The notes: generated by a model from the sequence alone, not told the origin. Shown: positions 1 through 10,231, numbered from the whole stretch's first letter. The stretch: DNA of 63,999 bases, filler included, from an uncultured Methanosarcinales archaeon (GCA_964608065.1; 4 parts of 4 records of this genome joined end to end with filler, not necessarily neighbours in it), one strand, 5' to 3'. Numbers and translations are program-made.

Positions 1-40
1 ATCAGGTTTCCTCGTCGAGGAAAATTGGAAATTTCGCCGC

Positions 41-80
41 AACACCTATTAAACGCAGTTATATTGCGTTTAATGGTGTT
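41..80. repeat. Bulged palindrome upstream of the tyrosine recombinase (candidate Xer/dif or attC-like site)
   Basis: AACACC-T-ATTAAACGCA / GTTATAT / TGCGTTTAAT-GGTGTT: 10-bp perfect arms, 7-bp spacer, 6-bp outer arms and one unpaired T. Confidence 0.6.
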
Positions 81-157
81 AATTTATTGAAAAGCGAAGT
101 ATTTATATATGTTATTAGTCTATTTTTGGCTTTATTATGGTAAATGGGGGTTGAATA

Positions 158-955
158 ATGACTAACTGGAAAAATAAATTGATTGATGAGTTGAAATTAA
201 GGGGGTATTCTAAGAAGACTATTAATGCGTACGTGTATCATGTTAAGAAATTTTTTGATTCTAAACTAGATCCAAAAAAATTTTTGCTTAAACTAATCAA
301 TGAAGGAAAAAGTAAGGAAACTATAAGAGTTGCTGGTTTTGCTGTAAAATTTTATTTAAGTATCAAAGCTAAGCAGGATAAGTCAATAAACGAGATTATT
401 GAGAAAACACCAAATGTAAAAAGAGATAAGAAACTTCATGTTATTCTTTCAAAAAAAGAGATTGAGAGGATGATTGTTTCTACTAAGAGATTTACTTATA
501 GAACAATGATTATACTCATGTATTCCTCAGGATTAAGGGCAAGTGAAATAATAAATCTAAAATGGAATGATATTGATTTTGACAGAAATATAATACATAT
601 TAAGCTTGCTAAAGGCAATAAAGACAGAATTGTTATGTTATCTCCAAAAGTAAAGAAGAATTTATTAAAATTAGACTTAGAAAAGAGAGGATTAGTTTTC
701 AAGAATAATAAAAATAAAAAATATTCTTTAAGAACGATAGAAGTTGTAGTTAAAAAAGCAGCTCAAAAAGCGGGAATAAAAAAGAAAACAACACCCCACA
801 CTTTAAGGCATAGTTTTGCAACACATCTTTTGGAAAGGGGTGTGGACATAAGATATATTAAGGATTTACTAGGCCATGCTAACTTACAGACAACAATGAT
901 TTACACTAAAGTTTCAAACAGATATATTGCGAGAATTAAAAGCCCGTTAGATTGA
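158..955 (+). CDS. xerA: Tyrosine recombinase, XerA/XerD-like integrase
   Basis: Catalytic motifs SGLRASE, K(GNKDR), HTLRHSFATH and LLGHANLQTTMIY; N-terminal LRGYSKKTINAY. Confidence 0.9.
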   Translation: MTNWKNKLIDELKLRGYSKKTINAYVYHVKKFFDSKLDPKKFLLKLINEGKSKETIRVAGFAVKFYLSIKAKQDKSINEIIEKTPNVKRDKKLHVILSKKEIERMIVSTKRFTYRTMIILMYSSGLRASEIINLKWNDIDFDRNIIHIKLAKGNKDRIVMLSPKVKKNLLKLDLEKRGLVFKNNKNKKYSLRTIEVVVKKAAQKAGIKKKTTPHTLRHSFATHLLERGVDIRYIKDLLGHANLQTTMIYTKVSNRYIARIKSPLD

Positions 956-966
956 ATCATAATAAA

Positions 967-2955
967 TTATTTCTTATCCATCAACTTCTTAACCATCTGA
1001 GCTATATGCTCTGCAGAAACTTCAAATTCTTTAATTAACTCCCATGACTGGCCTGATTCACCAAATCTGTCTTTAACCCCTATTCTTCCGAATTTAACTG
1101 AATTGCCAGATTCAAGAATAATTGCAGCAACTATATTGCCTAATGCACCTATCTGGTGTTCTTCTGCTGTTACAATAACTTTACAATCTTTAGATGCATT
1201 GACTATTGCTTTTTCATCTAAAGGTTTCATTGTGTGCATATTAATAACTCTGCTTTCAATACCAAAATCTTCTTTTAGAATCCAAGCAGCTCTCATTGCT
1301 TCAGGAACCATTGGACCGCATGCAACAATAGCAACATCTTCTTTCTCACTTTTGTAATCAGTAGATAATGTTGTTTCAAAAGCATCTATGAAATTTTCTT
1401 TTTCTCCACTATACTTAATAATGTTTGCAGTTCCAAACTTATATGGTGTGGAGTCTGTAGTTACAATTGGAGTTGCTTCACGAGCAAACCTTATATAACA
1501 AGGACCCTTAATATTGAACAGCATATAATCAGTTGCCTTGCATGTTTCTATTGAATCACATGGAACAAAAACATTCATATTTGGCAATCCACAAATCTGG
1601 AACAAATCCTCTAAAGCCTGGTGTGTTGCTCCGTCTGGTCCGACAGAAACACCACCATGAGCTCCTACTATCTTAGCATTAAGTTCACCATAACAGACAG
1701 TTGTTCTGATCTGATCTAGATTCCTGCCAGCTGAAAAAACAGCATAGCTTCCGAAAACAGATATTTTGTTTTCTTTTGCCAAGCCACCAGCAACAGCTGT
1801 TCCAGACTGCTCTGCTATACCCATGCTTAAAAATCTTGTTTTTCTGTCAGGACATCCTTTATAAAATTCACTTATAGTTATAGAATCAGAAATATCAGCA
1901 CCTAAGCAGACAACTCTTTCATCTTTACCTTTATTACACAAGCACTTTCCAAAACCTTTTCTTGTTGGATCCATCTCTACTTTCATTTTATCCTGAACAT
2001 TCCACCAGTAATCTTTTTTGAACTTAGGCATTTTCTTAGCTAATATTTTATCTGTTTTTTTCTGGTAATCTTCTGCTTTTTTCAAAAGTTTGTCAACTGG
2101 TAATTTACCTTCTAACTTAAGTTCTTTTAGTGCTTGCATTAATTGGTCTTGGTCTGGGGTTTTGCCATGCCATCCAGCTTCATTCTCCATAAAAGAAACT
2201 CCTTTTCCTTTGACAGTTTCTGCAATAATAACAGTTGGCTTGTCTTTTATTTTATCAGCTTCTTCAAAAGCATCTAATATTTTCTGTATATCATGACCAT
2301 CAGTTTCAATAACATGCCATCCAAATGCATTGTATTTTTCAGCTAATGGATAGACATTCATAACATCTTTAACCCAACCATCTATCTGTAATCTGTTTTT
2401 GTCAAGAATGCCAACTAAATTATTTAATTTATAATGTGCAGCTTCCATTACAGCCTCCCATATCTGACCTTCCTGCTGCTCACCATCACCCATAATACAA
2501 TAAACTTTGTAGCTTTTTTTGTCCAGTTTTCCTGCTAAAGCACTACCTACAGCTATGCTCAGACCTTGTCCTAAAGAGCCAGTTGAAGCTTCGATTCCAG
2601 GCAGTTTTAGCCAGTGAGGATGACCCTGGAATTTTGAATATAATTTTCTTAGCAATACTGTTTCTTCAATATCAAAATATTCTGAAATACCTAAACTTAT
2701 GTATAAAGCAGGAGCTTTATGTCCTGCAGACCAGAATACTCTGTCTCTGTCAGCCCAGTTTGGATCACTAGGTTTATGATTAAGCTTGCTTAAGTATAAA
2801 GCTGCAGCTATATCCATAATAGATAAAGTTCCTCCAGAATGACCAGAGCCAGCTGCTCTTAATGAGATTAAATTATAACCTCTCATCAAATTTGCTTTTT
2901 CTTTTAATTCTTCAACAGAATATTTTATTTCTTTGTTGTTTTTATCAATAATCAT
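967..2955 (-). CDS. tkt: Transketolase with fused N- and C-terminal domains
   Basis: GSGHSGG, STGSLGQGL, TPP-binding GDGE..EG..WEA..N, GIAEQ, GPDGATHQ. Confidence 0.93.
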   Translation of the reverse strand: MIIDKNNKEIKYSVEELKEKANLMRGYNLISLRAAGSGHSGGTLSIMDIAAALYLSKLNHKPSDPNWADRDRVFWSAGHKAPALYISLGISEYFDIEETVLLRKLYSKFQGHPHWLKLPGIEASTGSLGQGLSIAVGSALAGKLDKKSYKVYCIMGDGEQQEGQIWEAVMEAAHYKLNNLVGILDKNRLQIDGWVKDVMNVYPLAEKYNAFGWHVIETDGHDIQKILDAFEEADKIKDKPTVIIAETVKGKGVSFMENEAGWHGKTPDQDQLMQALKELKLEGKLPVDKLLKKAEDYQKKTDKILAKKMPKFKKDYWWNVQDKMKVEMDPTRKGFGKCLCNKGKDERVVCLGADISDSITISEFYKGCPDRKTRFLSMGIAEQSGTAVAGGLAKENKISVFGSYAVFSAGRNLDQIRTTVCYGELNAKIVGAHGGVSVGPDGATHQALEDLFQICGLPNMNVFVPCDSIETCKATDYMLFNIKGPCYIRFAREATPIVTTDSTPYKFGTANIIKYSGEKENFIDAFETTLSTDYKSEKEDVAIVACGPMVPEAMRAAWILKEDFGIESRVINMHTMKPLDEKAIVNASKDCKVIVTAEEHQIGALGNIVAAIILESGNSVKFGRIGVKDRFGESGQSWELIKEFEVSAEHIAQMVKKLMDKK

Positions 2956-2957
2956 TT

Positions 2958-4148
2958 TTAACCCTCTATCACTTTCTTAATAATCTCAACCCCTTTTTTT
3001 ATATTTTCTTTTGAAGTAGCATAACTTAATCTTATGTATTCATTAGTTTCATTTTTGTCTTTTTTTCCAAAGTGTATATCTGCCAGAACTGCTACTCCTT
3101 TGTCTAACAACAGCTTTCTTAGGTCTTCTGATGTTTTTAGCCCTAATTTTTTACATGCTTCTGTAACATTTGGATAAACATAGAATGCTCCACCAGGAGT
3201 TAAGCATTTAACTCCTTTGATATCATTCAGTAAGTTAACTACTAATTCTCTTCTTTCTTTAAATTCATTGTACATTTCATCTGCTTTTTCCTGTGACCCT
3301 GATAAAGCTTCAATTGTAGCATATTGGTTAAAATGCACAGGACAACTGTCTGTGTTTATCATCCATTGAGAAAAGAATGGAGCTAATTTCTTATTTGCAA
3401 CATAGCCTATTCTCCAACCAGTCATTGCATATGTTTTGCTTAAACCATCAGAGATTATTGTTCTTTCATACATATCTGGTAGTGCAGCAATGCTTTTGAA
3501 CTCTCCATCATAAACTAATCTTGAATACACTTCATCTGCATATACCCAGAAGTCATGCTCTAAAGCAAGGTCTCTTACAGCTTTCATATCATCTTCTGTA
3601 AGCATACCTCCTGTTGGGTTCTGAGGATAGTTTAAAATCAATAATTTTGTTTTATTGCTTACTAATTTTTTTAAATCTTCAACATCGAAGCTGAAGTTTT
3701 TTCTCTCTACTAATGGCAAAGGAACTGGCTTAGCGCCATTTGCAATTACACTAGATTCATAGATTGGAAATCCTGGATTTGGATATATGACTTCGTCTCC
3801 TTTTCCATAGTCTGTTGTTGCAAGAACTGTATAGTTTATGAATGGCTTTGCACCATTACCCATAACAACATCTTCTGAATCAACTTTTACTTTTCTTGTA
3901 TCAGAAAAATATTTTGCAATAGCTTCTCTAACTTCAGGAATACCTGGTGCTGCTGTATATCCTGTTTTCCCTCCTTCAATAGCTTTGATTGCAGCTTGTT
4001 TTATATTTTCAGGTGTGTCGAAATCAGGTTGTCCAATACAGAAACTTACAATTTCATTACCTTCTGCTATTTTTTTATTGACTTCTGCAAGAACAACAAA
4101 AGCGTTTTCTGTGCCTAAATTTTGAGTTCTATCTGATATATTTGCCAT
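2958..4148 (-). CDS. PLP-dependent class I/II aminotransferase (aspartate aminotransferase family)
   Basis: IGQPDFDTP, NYPQNPTG, DEVY, SKTYAMTGWRIGY, IRLSYA; likely start MANIS at 4148 after a GGGGG SD. Confidence 0.9.
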   Translation of the reverse strand: MANISDRTQNLGTENAFVVLAEVNKKIAEGNEIVSFCIGQPDFDTPENIKQAAIKAIEGGKTGYTAAPGIPEVREAIAKYFSDTRKVKVDSEDVVMGNGAKPFINYTVLATTDYGKGDEVIYPNPGFPIYESSVIANGAKPVPLPLVERKNFSFDVEDLKKLVSNKTKLLILNYPQNPTGGMLTEDDMKAVRDLALEHDFWVYADEVYSRLVYDGEFKSIAALPDMYERTIISDGLSKTYAMTGWRIGYVANKKLAPFFSQWMINTDSCPVHFNQYATIEALSGSQEKADEMYNEFKERRELVVNLLNDIKGVKCLTPGGAFYVYPNVTEACKKLGLKTSEDLRKLLLDKGVAVLADIHFGKKDKNETNEYIRLSYATSKENIKKGVEIIKKVIEG

Positions 4149-4187
4149 ATTTATCCCCCCTTGATTAATTCTCAAGATATATTCTAT

Positions 4188-5339
4188 TTAAACTTTTCTA
4201 TGCTCTATTAAATAATCCTCTATTTCCTTAGTAGCATTGATAATATTCTTTACTCCGTATTTCTTTATTTCAGATTTAGTTAATCTTTTACCTCCAGATG
4301 AATCAATTATTTTCTTAAAATATCTTTTTGCTGTGTTTTTGTTGAAATTGTTTATAACACAACCTCCTATAGCTATAACAGGGACTTTATGTTTTTTTGC
4401 GATTTCAGCTACACCTTGTATTGTCTTGCCCATAAAGCTCTGCTTGTCGATTTTACCTTCACCTGTTATTACTAAATCTGCGTTTTTAATGTGTTTTTCC
4501 AGATTAACTTGTTTTGCTACAATATCAACCCCCCTTTCAAGTTTTGCGTTAAGGAATGCTATTAAGCTAAAAGGCAAGCCACCTGCAGCTCCTGTTCCTT
4601 TAATATTTCTTATTTTTTTCTTTTTTCTTTTTTCAACTATGTCTGCATAATGTTTCAGATTTTGATCTAATTTTTTAATATCATTCTTTGAAGCTCCTTT
4701 TTGAGGTCCGTAGACAGCAGATGCTCCGTTTTTTCCCAGTAATATATTGTTAACATCGCACGCCAAAACAAATTTTATTTTTTTGTACTTCTTTAAAGCT
4801 TTTTCATCTATTTTTTTTATTTTTTTTAGTATAGAGTTGCCATAACCTTTGTTTTTTTCTTCTTTGATTTCTCCTTTATCATCATAGAACTTGACTCCTA
4901 GTGCCTGTAAAAAACCAGCACCGCCATCGTTTGTAGCACTACCTCCAATACCTATAATTATTTTTTTTGTATTTTTTTTTTTTAACGCGTCTTTCACTAA
5001 TTGCCCTGTACCGTAAGTTGAAGCTAAGAATGGATTTCTTTCATCTTTTTCTTTTCCTTTTAAAAGTTCTATTCCAGAAGCATTAGCCATTTCTATAAAA
5101 GCAGTTTTATCTTTTAGCAGAATATAGTGTGATTTTATTTTTCTTCCTAAAGGGTCCAGAACATTAAGATAATTTTTTTTTCCGCCTATAGCTTCAATTA
5201 AACAATCAGAAGTTCCTTTGCCGCCATCAGCCATTGGAATAACTACAGAATCTTTTTTATATCTTTTTCTTATTATATTGCCTATTTCTTTGGCTGATTT
5301 AAACTCAGTAAATGAATCAGGTGCTATAATAACCTTCAT
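4188..5339 (-). CDS. glxK: Glycerate kinase, class I (GarK/GlxK family)
   Basis: IIAPDSF, PMADGGKGT, IGIGGSATNDGGAG, YGPQKGA, GAAGG, ITGEGKIDKQS. Confidence 0.92.
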   Translation of the reverse strand: MKVIIAPDSFTEFKSAKEIGNIIRKRYKKDSVVIPMADGGKGTSDCLIEAIGGKKNYLNVLDPLGRKIKSHYILLKDKTAFIEMANASGIELLKGKEKDERNPFLASTYGTGQLVKDALKKKNTKKIIIGIGGSATNDGGAGFLQALGVKFYDDKGEIKEEKNKGYGNSILKKIKKIDEKALKKYKKIKFVLACDVNNILLGKNGASAVYGPQKGASKNDIKKLDQNLKHYADIVEKRKKKKIRNIKGTGAAGGLPFSLIAFLNAKLERGVDIVAKQVNLEKHIKNADLVITGEGKIDKQSFMGKTIQGVAEIAKKHKVPVIAIGGCVINNFNKNTAKRYFKKIIDSSGGKRLTKSEIKKYGVKNIINATKEIEDYLIEHRKV

Positions 5340-5382
5340 ATATACCTCTTTTTAGCTTTTATTTTGTCTTATCTTTAAACAA

Positions 5383-5456
5383 TGAAATTCCACTCATCTT
5401 TGATGGGTGGAATGAATTGTGCTCAAAAACCCCACATATTGTTTCGTGGAATTTCA
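5383..5456. repeat. 74-bp element with perfect 11-bp terminal inverted repeats and an internal hairpin
   Basis: TGAAATTCCAC (5383-5393) / GTGGAATTTCA (5446-5456); internal TTCCACTCATC-TTT-GATGGGTGGAA. Confidence 0.6.
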
Positions 5457-5505
5457 AGCATCAAAAACCACTTATTAATGATACTGGTAAAATCATGACA
5501 CCCAC

Positions 5506-6672
5506 CTATGGTGGGCGGTTTTTGACAACTTCTTCGTAATTTTGTTCGCGAACTAAGAAGTCTGGTTTCTCGCCATTCAGGAATTTCATAACGTTTTCAT
5601 AGACTCTTGAGCCCATACCACCAATTGAAAACCCGTTTTTTGAGAACCCGTCACCACGAGCAGCAATTGTTGCGCTTGCAATATGTGGTGTTAATATTGT
5701 ATTTTTTAGTTTTGCTAATTCTGGACTAACATTTGGAGAATTTGGATCCATTTCTCCTTCAAAAACATCAGTTGCATAAAATCTTAATCTTCCATCTTTT
5801 AATGCAGGGATTATTTCTTTTTCATTTACAATTGGTCCACGAGCAATGTTAATTAGTGTGCAGTTTTTTTTCATCTTTTCTATTTCTTTTTGCCCTATCA
5901 TATGGTGGGTTTTGTAAGGGCCTTCTTTTACATATACACAGGAGATTATTATGAAGTTGCTGTTTTCCAATAATTCATCCAGGTTTTCAACTAATTTTAC
6001 ATTTTCAGGTGGCTGATATTTGCCTTCTTTCATATCTTTATATTTGAATGGATCATAAGCTATTACTTTCATGCAGAAACCTGTGCTTCTTCTTGCTAAT
6101 TGGTCTCCAATATCTCCAAATCCTATAATTCCTAAAGTTTTATGATGGACTTCTAATCCTAAAAAGAATTCAGAACCCCATGTGTTAAAATGTCCGTCTC
6201 TTGAGAGTTTGTCTGCCTGAACAATCCTTCTTGAAGCAGCTATCATCAAGCCAAATGCAAAGTCAGCTACAGTCTCATGCAGAACTCCTGGAGTGTTTGC
6301 AACTAAGATTCCGTGTTTTGTTGCTGCGTTTACATCAATATTATCATAGCCGGCAGAATAGCATGCAATTAATTTTGCTTTTGTATTATTTAGGATTTCT
6401 TCATCAATTTTGACAGTAAGATGAGGTATTATAATGTCAGCATCTTTAGCATCTCTCATAATATCTTCTTTAGGTAGTGATTCCAAGTTTGAGAAAACAA
6501 GCTCTTTTCCATATTTTTCAAATGCATCTTTTCCGAATTTTTTTATTAATTCTTCGTCAGAAGCATCATACAGAGAACTTCCACTATATTCCTTGACATC
6601 AGCAATCTCTTTAAGTCTTTCTACTGTTTTTCCAGGCATTTTACCAATGACAAATATTTTTGGTTTGGACAT
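5506..6672 (-). CDS. D-2-hydroxyacid dehydrogenase (glyoxylate/hydroxypyruvate reductase family)
   Basis: SAGYDNID, NTPGVL, GIIGFGDIG NAD-binding motif, INIARG, DVFEGE, TPHIAS. Confidence 0.9.
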   Translation of the reverse strand: MSKPKIFVIGKMPGKTVERLKEIADVKEYSGSSLYDASDEELIKKFGKDAFEKYGKELVFSNLESLPKEDIMRDAKDADIIIPHLTVKIDEEILNNTKAKLIACYSAGYDNIDVNAATKHGILVANTPGVLHETVADFAFGLMIAASRRIVQADKLSRDGHFNTWGSEFFLGLEVHHKTLGIIGFGDIGDQLARRSTGFCMKVIAYDPFKYKDMKEGKYQPPENVKLVENLDELLENSNFIIISCVYVKEGPYKTHHMIGQKEIEKMKKNCTLINIARGPIVNEKEIIPALKDGRLRFYATDVFEGEMDPNSPNVSPELAKLKNTILTPHIASATIAARGDGFSKNGFSIGGMGSRVYENVMKFLNGEKPDFLVREQNYEEVVKNRPP

Positions 6673-6767
6673 TTTTATAGCACATCTTTATAGATTATAT
6701 TTAAATTTTTCTATGAAGCATCACAATGATAAAAAAATTTATAAACAAACAGTATAATTTAATCATT

Positions 6768-7235
6768 ATGACAACAGCTTTGTTTATAGGAAGGTTTCAG
6801 CCATTCCATAAGGCGCATTTAAAGGATATCAAGGATATATTGAAGAAAGCAGATGAAATCATAATTGGAATAGGCAGCTCTCAGTATTCCAATACAGAAG
6901 ACAATCCTTTTACATTTGAAGAAAGAAAAAAGATGATAGAACTGACATTAAAATGTGAGAGAATAAAAGATTACAGGATAATTGCAATTCCAGATATTCA
7001 TAACCATTCCAAATGGGTTAAGCATGTTGAGAGCTTAGTCCCTAAGTTTGATATTGTCTTCACTAAAAATGATTTTACTGAAGATTTGTTTGAGAAGGCA
7101 GGATATAAGGTTGAGATGCTGGATGAAGTAGAAGGAATCTCTGCAACAAAGATAAGGAAAATGATCAAAAATAATGAAAACTTTGAAGAATTAGTTCCAA
7201 AATCTGTTTCTGAATATTTGAAAGAAAGAAAATAA
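6768..7235 (+). CDS. nadM: Nicotinamide-nucleotide adenylyltransferase (archaeal NadM)
   Basis: FIGRFQPFHKAH, IGIGSSQ, NPFTFEER, ISATKIR; TTTATAAA box 22 nt upstream of ATG 6768. Confidence 0.9.
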   Translation: MTTALFIGRFQPFHKAHLKDIKDILKKADEIIIGIGSSQYSNTEDNPFTFEERKKMIELTLKCERIKDYRIIAIPDIHNHSKWVKHVESLVPKFDIVFTKNDFTEDLFEKAGYKVEMLDEVEGISATKIRKMIKNNENFEELVPKSVSEYLKERK

Positions 7236-7249
7236 AAAAAAAAAAAAAA

Positions 7250-8155
7250 TTATGCTGGTTTTGGTTTATTACCTGTATTCATAGAGTTAATGCCTGCAAC
7301 CATAACTCCTGTAAGGGCAGCTGCATCAAGTGCGCTAATCTCTGTTCCTTTAGGAGCAACATAATCAACACTTGCATTAAATAATTCTCTTTCTTTTTCT
7401 CTAACTTTTCCCCAGTCAGCTGTTTCTTTTATAGTAAGATAGATATCTATTTCTTTGTCTTTTGCCTGACTATTCACTAAATATTTTAACCAGCTACTCA
7501 TATTTGCTACCTTAATTCTGTTATCCTGTCCATCTTTTTGGTCTTTAACAATTATATAATTGTAATCCTCTGAGAATCTTCCTGTTAATCTTATCTTGTC
7601 TGTACCTAGTTTTTCCCAGTCTTCTTTTATATTATATCTAAATCCTTTTGTTGCTAAATATTTGTCTTTGTCTTTTAGGTCAACCCTTGGTAAATCAGCA
7701 CTAATAAATGCCTTGTCACCCCTGTTGTAGATTTCTTCATTGGTTTCTGCGTTTATTATCCTACCAATTAGCTTAAGATAGTTATGTGGAGGCGTAAAAC
7801 TTCTTTTATCAGTGAATATAATAACTTGTTTTCCATTCAAGGATTCATAGTCAGTAAAATTTGAATCTAACATTCCTGTTAGATCTGTTCCAGGAATTCC
7901 AAAATAACCTTCAAATGCATCAGAAATATCAGAACCCTCATAAATTGGTTTTTCAGAAAATATTTTCCTAACACCTTCAAAAGTTTTTCCTACAGGATTT
8001 CCAGTTTCTTTGTTTGTAAAATAACCTACTCCACCTAAGGCTGCAATCCCACCACCCCACAATAAAGTTTTGATAAATTTCCTTCTTCCTCCCCCTTCTT
8101 TACCCCCACTTGTTGGTTCTTCTGGTTTAAGGCCTGTCCAACCCATTTTTTCCAC
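7250..8155 (-). CDS. Hypothetical exported or membrane-anchored protein
   Basis: 301-aa ORF with RRKFIK twin-arginine-like motif followed by a hydrophobic stretch. Confidence 0.6.
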   Translation of the reverse strand: MEKMGWTGLKPEEPTSGGKEGGGRRKFIKTLLWGGGIAALGGVGYFTNKETGNPVGKTFEGVRKIFSEKPIYEGSDISDAFEGYFGIPGTDLTGMLDSNFTDYESLNGKQVIIFTDKRSFTPPHNYLKLIGRIINAETNEEIYNRGDKAFISADLPRVDLKDKDKYLATKGFRYNIKEDWEKLGTDKIRLTGRFSEDYNYIIVKDQKDGQDNRIKVANMSSWLKYLVNSQAKDKEIDIYLTIKETADWGKVREKERELFNASVDYVAPKGTEISALDAAALTGVMVAGINSMNTGNKPKPA

Positions 8156-8245
8156 CCCGAATAATTTTAACTATTTATTTTACCCTTAGAAAAACATCTA
8201 TATAAACATTTCTATTCTGGAGTAGTTATAAGTTAGAAAACTTTC

Positions 8246-9340
8246 TTAAAAAAACCCCTTCCTTTTTCCCTGTTTATCAAATTCTTTCAATAAATCTTTT
8301 TGCTTCTTATTTAACTTTGTTGGGACTTTTATAACAACTTCAACTAATTCAGAACCGGTGCCAGAGCCATGCAAATGAGGCATGCCTTTGTTTCTCATCT
8401 TGAAGATTGTGTTGTTCTGCGTTCCTGCTGGAATCTTTAGTTTAGCTTTTCCATCTATAGTTGGAATTTCTATTTCTCCACCTAAAGCTGCTGTTGTGAA
8501 TGGGATGTTAACTTTAACATAAATATCGTCTCCATGAAGATCAAAAACATCATGTTCTTTGATGTGGACAACAATATATAAATCACCAGTTTCTGCTCCT
8601 TTTTGTCCTGCTTCACCTTCTCCAGTAACCCTTAGATTAGTTCCTTGTTCTGCTCCTACTGGAATCTTTATTTCTAGTTTCTTTGTTTTTCTTACAACAC
8701 CAGTTCCATCGCAATGATCACATTCATTTTTGATGTATCTTCCTTGTCCACTGCATTTTCTGCATGTTGTTTGTGTAGCTATTATTCCAAAAGGTGTTCT
8801 TTGAGTTCTTTTACTCATTCCAGTTCCGCCGCATTCAGGGCAGGATGCAATATCTGAATCAGATTCTGCTCCAGAACCATTGCATTCAGAACATTTTTCT
8901 AATTTAGGTATAGAAATTGTTTTTTTCACTCCAGAAGCTGCTTCTTCTAAGGTTATTTCCATATCATATCTTAGATCAGAACCTCTTCTGGGTTGTTTTT
9001 TTCTTCCTCCAAAACCAAAACCTGCTCCAAATAATTTGTCAAAAACATCTCCAAAGTCAAAGAAGCTTTCTCCTCCAAAATCAAAGCCAAAGTCCTTGAA
9101 ATCAAAGTCAGAGCCTGTCATGTCTTCGTATGTAGAACCATAATCATCATATTGATTTCTTTTTTCATCATCTCCCAGGACAGAAGCTGCTTCAGAAACT
9201 TCTTTGAATTTTTCATCAGCTCCGTCTTCCTTGTTCACATCAGGATGATATTTTTTAGCTAGATTTTTGTAGCTTTTTTTAATTTCCTCTTTAGTTGCAG
9301 TCTTGTCTACACCTAATATTTTGTAATAGTCTTTTGGCAT
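8246..9340 (-). CDS. dnaJ: Chaperone DnaJ
   Basis: J domain with HPD, G/F-rich region, four CxxCxGxG repeats. Confidence 0.97.
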   Translation of the reverse strand: MPKDYYKILGVDKTATKEEIKKSYKNLAKKYHPDVNKEDGADEKFKEVSEAASVLGDDEKRNQYDDYGSTYEDMTGSDFDFKDFGFDFGGESFFDFGDVFDKLFGAGFGFGGRKKQPRRGSDLRYDMEITLEEAASGVKKTISIPKLEKCSECNGSGAESDSDIASCPECGGTGMSKRTQRTPFGIIATQTTCRKCSGQGRYIKNECDHCDGTGVVRKTKKLEIKIPVGAEQGTNLRVTGEGEAGQKGAETGDLYIVVHIKEHDVFDLHGDDIYVKVNIPFTTAALGGEIEIPTIDGKAKLKIPAGTQNNTIFKMRNKGMPHLHGSGTGSELVEVVIKVPTKLNKKQKDLLKEFDKQGKRKGFF

Positions 9341-9351
9341 TTTTTACCTTC

Positions 9352-9993
9352 TTATTCTATAACGTTTAATAAATCTTTTGTATTGTGTACAATAATGTCT
9401 GGGTTTAATTGCTTTAATTTATCATGTGAGTGATAGCCATAAGTTACAGCTATGACTTTTTTTACATTAGCGTTTCTTCCAGCAGTAATGTCTCCGTCCA
9501 TATCTCCAATATAGACTGTTTCTTCTGGTTTAACATTTAAAGTTTGCATACACTCTATTAAAATAGTTGGGTCTGGTTTAAGAATTTCTTTTTCACCACC
9601 TATAACAACATCAAAATAATGTAAAATATTGAATTTTTTCAGTATTTTTTCAATTTCTGGCTTGAAATTATTAGAAGCTACAGCTAATTTGTAGTTTTTC
9701 TTTAAAATTTCTAAGACTTCTTTAATATCCGGCACTAATTTAGTTAATTCTTTGTGTTTGTTGAACTCTTCAATGTATATTTTTTTAATCTTGTCAATAT
9801 CTTTTCTTTCTGTAATTCCAACATTCTTTAGTGTTTTTCTCCAGTCAACATCACAGAAATCAATGTTTTTTTTCATATCTGCAAAAATAGGATTGTTGAA
9901 ATGCTTTGCAATCTCTTTGTAAATAACCTGAACAACATCTAAACTATCAACTATAACACCATCATAATCGAAGATTACTGCTTTTGTTTTCAT
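9352..9993 (-). CDS. HAD-superfamily phosphatase (phosphoglycolate phosphatase-like)
   Basis: FDYDGVIVDS, KPDP, YIGDMDGD. Confidence 0.88.
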   Translation of the reverse strand: MKTKAVIFDYDGVIVDSLDVVQVIYKEIAKHFNNPIFADMKKNIDFCDVDWRKTLKNVGITERKDIDKIKKIYIEEFNKHKELTKLVPDIKEVLEILKKNYKLAVASNNFKPEIEKILKKFNILHYFDVVIGGEKEILKPDPTILIECMQTLNVKPEETVYIGDMDGDITAGRNANVKKVIAVTYGYHSHDKLKQLNPDIIVHNTKDLLNVIE

Positions 9994-10028
9994 TCAATAC
10001 CTCTTTTTAATATAAAAAAAAAAAAAAA

Positions 10029-10110
10029 TTACTTCTTTTTCTTCTTTTCTCCTTTTACTTCGTATTTTGCATCAACAACATTGTTGTCTTTTTTTTTTTT
10101 TTTTGCACTT
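10029..10110 (-). repeat. Second, diverged copy of the dnaK 3' end
   Basis: Matches 10232-10316 (SAK...NVVDAxYEVKG...K-stop) with several substitutions and a 3-nt indel; abuts an N gap. Confidence 0.85.
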
Positions 10111-10120
10111 NNNNNNNNNN

Positions 10121-10219
10121 TGTATTAACACCAACTTCATTAGCATTAACTCCAGATAAAACTATAGAAATCAATAATAAAAAACTAAAAATAAAAAAAA
10201 AGTACTTTCTCATCCCATT
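10121..10219 (-). CDS. 5' fragment of a secreted protein, truncated by a gap
   Basis: Reads MGMRKYFFLFLVFLLLISIVLSGVNANEVGVNT (signal-peptide-like), preceded by an AGGGGGT SD. Confidence 0.55.
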
Positions 10220-10231
10220 AGTTACCCCCTT

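Noticed and set aside
7234..7249. Long poly-A/poly-T runs between convergent genes (also about 10015, 18320, 21330, 43520)
   Set aside because: Compatible with archaeal T-rich terminators but probably inflated by homopolymer or consensus errors; not distinctive.
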